A stretch of DNA of 64,000 bases from Spirochaetia bacterium (GTDB lineage: Bacteria > Spirochaetota > Spirochaetia > DSM-2461): positions 256,001 through 320,000 of the forward strand of contig CAXXIA010000002.1 in NCBI GenBank assembly GCA_963666985.2. The letters run 5' to 3'. Below, in pieces: positions 58,981 to 64,000 of the stretch. The translations under genes and the position numbers were made by a program. Each line of letters begins with the position of its first letter. Positions within the stretch are counted from its first letter, which is position 1. The notes below the pieces were generated by a model. That model saw only the letters and a program-made list of their open reading frames with translations. It was not told where the DNA came from and ran no database searches.

Positions 58981-59736
58981 ATGAATACTCGTGTTCTGGT
59001 TCAAAAGTTGGGAGTCATAAAATCCGTCACGATCATCACGGTGTTATGCGTTTCAATCTCGGCATTTCTGACTCTTCTTATCATTATTTTTAGAAATGAT
59101 TATTCCGAGATTCGCTTACTCATGACATTATCAACAATAACACCGCTGATCATTGCTCCCTGCGCCTCGTATCCGCTGGTAAAACTCCTTTTACGAATCG
59201 ACAAACTGGAAACGGAAATGAGGGAACTCGCCACTTTCGACGGTTTAACGGGACTTCTTACCAGAAGAGCCTTCTTTCATGACGCCAATACATTTATAAA
59301 CATCGCGGCAAGAGAAAGCATCTCATTTTCCATCGTGCTCTTCGACTTGGACAAATTCAAAATCATCAATGATACATACGGTCATCCCGCCGGAGACAAT
59401 GTCTTAATCAACTTCGCATATATATGTAAAACAGCACTGAGAAAAGGGGATCTGATCGGCCGAATAGGAGGCGATGAATTCGCGGCTCTGCTGCCCGGAA
59501 CTTCAAGCGATACGGCAAAAGATCTTCTGACAAGACTGCGTGACGAAATAAAGAAAGCGAACATAACCTATAACGGAAAGAACCTTCACTATACCGTCAG
59601 CATGGGACTGGTCGGTGTTTCTCAAGGGAATGAAGAAAGCATGGAGACTCTGATTAAAAAAGCCGACGAGTCTCTCTATCAAGCCAAAAAAAACGGCCGG
59701 GATTGTTTTGTCGTTCTCAATCCGGAAAACGCATAA
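58981..59736 (+). CDS. Membrane-anchored diguanylate cyclase (GGDEF)
   Basis: Two TMs; DGLTGL, DLDKFK.IND.YGH..GD, RKGD I-site, GGDEF. Confidence 0.93.
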   Translation: MNTRVLVQKLGVIKSVTIITVLCVSISAFLTLLIIIFRNDYSEIRLLMTLSTITPLIIAPCASYPLVKLLLRIDKLETEMRELATFDGLTGLLTRRAFFHDANTFINIAARESISFSIVLFDLDKFKIINDTYGHPAGDNVLINFAYICKTALRKGDLIGRIGGDEFAALLPGTSSDTAKDLLTRLRDEIKKANITYNGKNLHYTVSMGLVGVSQGNEESMETLIKKADESLYQAKKNGRDCFVVLNPENA

Positions 59737-59871
59737 TGATTCAAAGGACTAAAGAATGTCTTTAAAATTCATTATCGCATCTTAAAAACCGTCTTTGCGG
59801 CGATAGAGACAATTCCGATTCTCCATGGTACCATTCATCAGAGATATTTGCTAAAGGACTGATAACAACGA

Positions 59872-60735
59872 ATGCGATTAAACATCCGAGGGTCCCTGCC
59901 CCTGGGCATCCCGGGATCGGTTTTCGCGGCTTTGCTCTTCTTTGCAGCGGCTTACACTTCACCTGCTCTTGAGACTTTGTCGGCTGATTCCATCATTTCA
60001 TCCCTAAGGGACACGGTTTACATTCAGCTCGAAAAAGAAGAGAGCATTCTCGAACTCCACAGAGAAACGCTTACTTCAATTCATAACGACATTAAAGAAG
60101 GTCCGGATCGTCTCCGGGCGGAAGCCCTGTGTCACTATTATCTCGGCCGATACTATCAGGCGATAAAAACCACCGGCGACATGGTCCGTTACGCCGCGGA
60201 TATGAGAGAAGGACATTGGCTCGCCTTAAGAAAATATTATACCGAACGAGACAAAGCATTGGCGGCATACCGGGATGCCGCGGCCGCGTCGGAACAATTT
60301 CTGAAAGAGGAGCCCTGCGCCGAAGCCCACCGTCTTTACGGGGAAATCCTGGGACAAATACTGATCCTCGGCGATGCCGGAGATTTATTTTCCATAGGAG
60401 GAAAAGCCAAGCGGCACGTCGAGGAAGCTCTGGAAGCGGACGGCACGCATACGAAGGCGCTGATTCAGGAAGCCTCGCGTCTCGCCTACTCTCCCTCCGC
60501 GTACGGCGGTAATCCCGAAAAGGCCAGAGAACTCTACCGCACGGCCCTGCGCGGAGGCGATGCCGATACCGAAGATCTGTTCAACATCTACGGAGGATTC
60601 GGCATGGCGGCCTTCATGGAAGAAAATGATGAAGAGGCGATCTCCTGGTTCCGCGAGGCTTCAAAGATCTATCCGGGGAATGTTTTCGCCGAAGGGATGA
60701 CGATGTTCCTTGAAGAAACGGAGACCGATTCATGA
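59872..60735 (+). CDS. Secreted TPR-like helical-repeat protein
   Basis: Signal peptide; TPR-like helices; stop overlaps the next ATG (ATGA). Confidence 0.65.
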   Translation: MRLNIRGSLPLGIPGSVFAALLFFAAAYTSPALETLSADSIISSLRDTVYIQLEKEESILELHRETLTSIHNDIKEGPDRLRAEALCHYYLGRYYQAIKTTGDMVRYAADMREGHWLALRKYYTERDKALAAYRDAAAASEQFLKEEPCAEAHRLYGEILGQILILGDAGDLFSIGGKAKRHVEEALEADGTHTKALIQEASRLAYSPSAYGGNPEKARELYRTALRGGDADTEDLFNIYGGFGMAAFMEENDEEAISWFREASKIYPGNVFAEGMTMFLEETETDS

Positions 60736-61862
60736 TTTATCTGACCGTACATGCCTGGCTCGCCGTCGGAATCGGAATTTACATGATTGTTTTCACGAGC
60801 GCCAACTCACTTTATCTTTTGAGAAAATCCAGGAGAAAACCGAGAACGTCCGGACCGCCGGTCTCGGTGCTTATTCCCGCGCGAAATGAAGCCGACCGCA
60901 TTATTCCCGCCCTGGAAGGGTTTTCACGGCAAAGCTACGAAGATTATGAAGTGATTGTTCTCGACGACAATTCCGAAGACGGAACCTGGGAAACAATTCG
61001 GCGCATCACGGACGGCGATAAGCGCTTCAAAGCGATGAAAGGCGCCCCTTTGCCCGAAGGCTGGAAAGGAAAGCCTTACGCGATGCAGCAGCTCGCCGCC
61101 GCCGCCCGGGGGGAAATTCTCCTTTTTATCGATGCCGACATGGCGCCGGGGCCCGATTTGATTTCATGGACGGTTGCCAACATGGAAGATCACGAAGTGG
61201 ATTTTCTTTCGGGCTATCCGAGACACACCTCTCCCGAGCCCGCGGAATACTTACTGTTTCCCGTTATGTATCTCGCCACGTCTTTCCTGCTGCCGCTTTG
61301 GCTGTTCAACACCCTGAAAACCTATATGTTCTCCCACGCCATCGGTCAATATTTCTGCGTCCGTTCATCGGTTCTGGAAAAAATCGGGGGATTTGAACCG
61401 GTTAAAGACAAAATCAACGAGGACATACAGATGGCGCGAAAGCTGAAAGGAGAAGGCTTCCGCCAGGTTTTCCTGGACGCCAAGGACCATCTTTCCGGAA
61501 ACATGTACGATTCCATGAGCCACGCGAAAATGGGTGTGATGCGGGTTATCTACGAATATTTCGACAACCTCGTTTATCCCTTCGTTATTCTGGGGTTGGT
61601 CATGGCCGTGCTCATCATCACTCCCATTCCTTTGGCGATCATCGGATTGGCCGCGGGCTGCTCATGGGCCCTTCCCATGGCTCTCGGCGTGCTTCTGGTC
61701 TTTACCGCCTGGCTGATTACCATGCTGGACCGCAAGATGCCGTGGTTCATCGCGTTTCTCTATCCCATTCACTTCACTTGGGCCGCCGTGCTTTCAATCC
61801 GTTCGATCAACCTCTCAAAACAAGGGAAAGGCTACATATGGAAAGGCCGTACCGTTCGCTGA
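60732..61862 (+). CDS. GT2 glycosyltransferase (CrtQ/CruC/HpnB-like architecture)
   Basis: VSVLIPARNE, DDNSED, LPEGWKGK, FIDAD, ED..MAR, C-terminal TMs, WKGR end. Confidence 0.85.
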   Translation: MIYLTVHAWLAVGIGIYMIVFTSANSLYLLRKSRRKPRTSGPPVSVLIPARNEADRIIPALEGFSRQSYEDYEVIVLDDNSEDGTWETIRRITDGDKRFKAMKGAPLPEGWKGKPYAMQQLAAAARGEILLFIDADMAPGPDLISWTVANMEDHEVDFLSGYPRHTSPEPAEYLLFPVMYLATSFLLPLWLFNTLKTYMFSHAIGQYFCVRSSVLEKIGGFEPVKDKINEDIQMARKLKGEGFRQVFLDAKDHLSGNMYDSMSHAKMGVMRVIYEYFDNLVYPFVILGLVMAVLIITPIPLAIIGLAAGCSWALPMALGVLLVFTAWLITMLDRKMPWFIAFLYPIHFTWAAVLSIRSINLSKQGKGYIWKGRTVR

Positions 61863-62554
61863 CGCAAGAATCGGCCTTCCGCCGATTCACAAAGATGGCC
61901 GCATACCGTGCCTTCCATCCGTTCCTGTGGCTGGCTTTCTATCTGCCGTACGGCGTTAAAATTAAAAATCGGCGCGGACTAACAAAAAAAGGTCCCGCCG
62001 TTTCGATTATGAACCACTGCATTTACGTCGAATGGTTTTTCGTCTGGCACGCGGCACGCTTCCGATACGTTCGATTCACGGCGGAACAGGCCAATATGAC
62101 CCGAATAGACGTGGGATGGTTCAACAGACTCATGGGAGTTATCGGCATACCCGACGAGAGCCCCATGTCCATCGCTCCCTTTGTTGCTCAATGCCTTAAA
62201 AACGGCGAACTGGTCCATTTTTTTCCGGAAGGCGTATTAAAGCCGCGCTGCCAAAATCCCGGGGATTTCATGGTCGGTGCGGCATGGTTCGCCTGCCGTC
62301 ATAACGTACCGCTTATTCCCATAGCGGAAACCCTTGAAAACCGCCGGATTCAGCGGCTTTTTCCCTGGTGGCCGCCCAAAGTCCGGATGACGGTTCTGCC
62401 GCCGCTTGAACCGTCCGAGTTCATCAGCCCGGGAAAAAAGCTGCGGCGGGCGGCCGAAGAAATGACGCAAAAGGCCGAAGAAGCCATTCGGGAATATGTA
62501 ACGAAGGACCGGATGCCCGATTTTCCCCATAAAAAACGAATCGCTATTGAATAA
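61838..62554 (+). CDS. PlsC-superfamily (lysophospholipid) acyltransferase; start uncertain
   Basis: NHCIYVE (HX4E variant of HX4D), FFPEG, VPLIP motifs. Confidence 0.8.
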   Translation: MERPYRSLTQESAFRRFTKMAAYRAFHPFLWLAFYLPYGVKIKNRRGLTKKGPAVSIMNHCIYVEWFFVWHAARFRYVRFTAEQANMTRIDVGWFNRLMGVIGIPDESPMSIAPFVAQCLKNGELVHFFPEGVLKPRCQNPGDFMVGAAWFACRHNVPLIPIAETLENRRIQRLFPWWPPKVRMTVLPPLEPSEFISPGKKLRRAAEEMTQKAEEAIREYVTKDRMPDFPHKKRIAIE

Positions 62555-62662
62555 AAACCGGTATTTTGTTCGGCAGGCCCGCCGGACTTATTCGGGAAGC
62601 GCCGAATCCTGTTGGAATCGGCCGTCATCATCGCCCCGTATCCGGCGGTTATCCGCTCCGGC

Positions 62663-63991
62663 TTACCCCACCATGGAAATCGGCTGCCTGGTGGACTCCA
62701 AAACATCTCTCCACAGAGGCCCTTCGTTGTCCACCTGCTTCCGCTTGAACGTGGCCATGTGAATGGGCACATGAACCAGGGAATTGTTCCATTGACCGAT
62801 GATGCATCCCGTTCGTCCGGTCATGGCCGCATGCACCGCGTTGGCCCCCAGGCGGGCGCAGTAATGGGAATCCACAGGATCGGCAACGGATGCACGGATG
62901 ATGTAACTGGGATCGATGTACTTAATATTCGCCTCCCGGCCCTGTTTCTTCATGTAATCCGCAATGGCCACCTTGAGAAAGAGTCCGATGTCTCCGTACG
63001 ATTTATTTCCCGAAGCGTCCTTGCCGTCCTTACCGCTGTTCAAAAGTTCCTGACCGGCCCCTTCGGCCACAACAATCACCGCATGCTTTCTCTTGTCCAG
63101 TCGCTGTTCAAGACTCTTTAAAAGGCCATGCTCTCCTTCAAGACTAAAAGGAATCTCCGGAATGAGGCAAAAATTCACATCGCTGGTAGAGAGTGTCGTA
63201 TGCGCGGCGATGAATCCGGAATCCCGCCCCATAACCTTTACCAGTCCGATGCCGTCCGGAGCGCTTTTGGCCTCGACATGAGCAGCGCCTACGGCTTCCA
63301 CCGCTTTGGAAACGGCCGTATCGAAACCGAAGGACTTCTGCACGAACATCACATCGTTATCGATTGTCTTTGGAATACCGATGCAGGATATTTTCAACCC
63401 GCGTTTTTCGATTTCCTGAGAAATCTCCAGGTTACCTTTCTGAGTACCATCACCGCCGATGGTAAAGAGCATATTGATATTCATCCGCTCCAGAGCATCG
63501 ACAATAGGATCCACTTCACCGTATCCCCGGGAGGAACCGAGAACAGTGCCGCCTAGCTTATGAATGTCGTCCACAACATCCGGATCCAGCTTTATGGGAG
63601 GATAATTGAATTCAGGACGGAATCCCCTATATCCGTAGCGGATTCCGTTAATTCTCTCAACGCCGTAAAAATACCAAAGCGTCCGCGTAATGGACCTGAT
63701 AACATCGTTGAGTCCCGGACAAAGTCCTCCGCAGGTTACCACGGCGGCGTTAACATGACTCGGAGCAAAGTAGATTTTCTCGCGGGGACCGGCCTCTTCG
63801 AGCATCCACACAGGATCATAGTCGGTTCCAACGTTCGAAGCGTCCGTCGTATTGGATCTTAAGATATACTGATCATCCCGCGTATAATTCGCGATGGCGT
63901 CCCCCAATGTCGTCGAATAATGCTTGGGTGACGGGATTTTACAGGGTCCTAATGTTTTAATTCGAAAATCGTACTGAATTTCATTGCCCAT
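62663..63991 (-). CDS. pfk: 6-phosphofructokinase, predicted ATP-dependent
   Basis: TCGGLCPG, LGSSRG, IGGDG (Gly indicates ATP type), PKTIDND, VMGR, DPSYIIR. Confidence 0.93.
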   Translation of the reverse strand: MGNEIQYDFRIKTLGPCKIPSPKHYSTTLGDAIANYTRDDQYILRSNTTDASNVGTDYDPVWMLEEAGPREKIYFAPSHVNAAVVTCGGLCPGLNDVIRSITRTLWYFYGVERINGIRYGYRGFRPEFNYPPIKLDPDVVDDIHKLGGTVLGSSRGYGEVDPIVDALERMNINMLFTIGGDGTQKGNLEISQEIEKRGLKISCIGIPKTIDNDVMFVQKSFGFDTAVSKAVEAVGAAHVEAKSAPDGIGLVKVMGRDSGFIAAHTTLSTSDVNFCLIPEIPFSLEGEHGLLKSLEQRLDKRKHAVIVVAEGAGQELLNSGKDGKDASGNKSYGDIGLFLKVAIADYMKKQGREANIKYIDPSYIIRASVADPVDSHYCARLGANAVHAAMTGRTGCIIGQWNNSLVHVPIHMATFKRKQVDNEGPLWRDVLESTRQPISMVG

Positions 63992-64000
63992 TCCGGCTCC

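Overview
Genomic window from a spirochaete (Spirochaetales-like). This assignment rests on the 16S 5' signature GGCGCGTTTTAAGCATGCAAG, an 'FANGG' binding-protein N-terminus, a FapA gene and a stand-alone groEL. Left to right: (1) an AT-richer beta-glucoside utilisation cluster (MFS, GH3 glucosidase, Opp-type ABC transporter, LacI). (2) A minus-strand rrn operon (16S-tRNAIle-23S-5S) whose last 904 bp are repeated, diverged and decaying, 3758 bp downstream. The repeat covers the 23S 3' end from the peptidyl-transferase loop, a long structured spacer and 5S. The two copies bracket a 2.85 kb cargo: DUF4956-like remnant, porin-like pseudogene and intact CotH-kinase lipoprotein. (3) GC-rich housekeeping genes: pgsA, M32 carboxypeptidase, YtrA-type ABC operon, T-box-controlled thrS, omptin, frameshifted bcp, yajC-secDF, groEL, birA, fapA, argRCBDG, buk, cls, a LacZ-type GH2 with large disordered insertions, pgi, a GGDEF protein, a TPR-GT2-acyltransferase operon and pfk. 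Other signals are two copies of an IS5-like MITE, a ~34-nt motif repeated four times in the rrn spacers, and several apparently leaderless genes. All calls come from reading the sequence by eye; no database searches were run.
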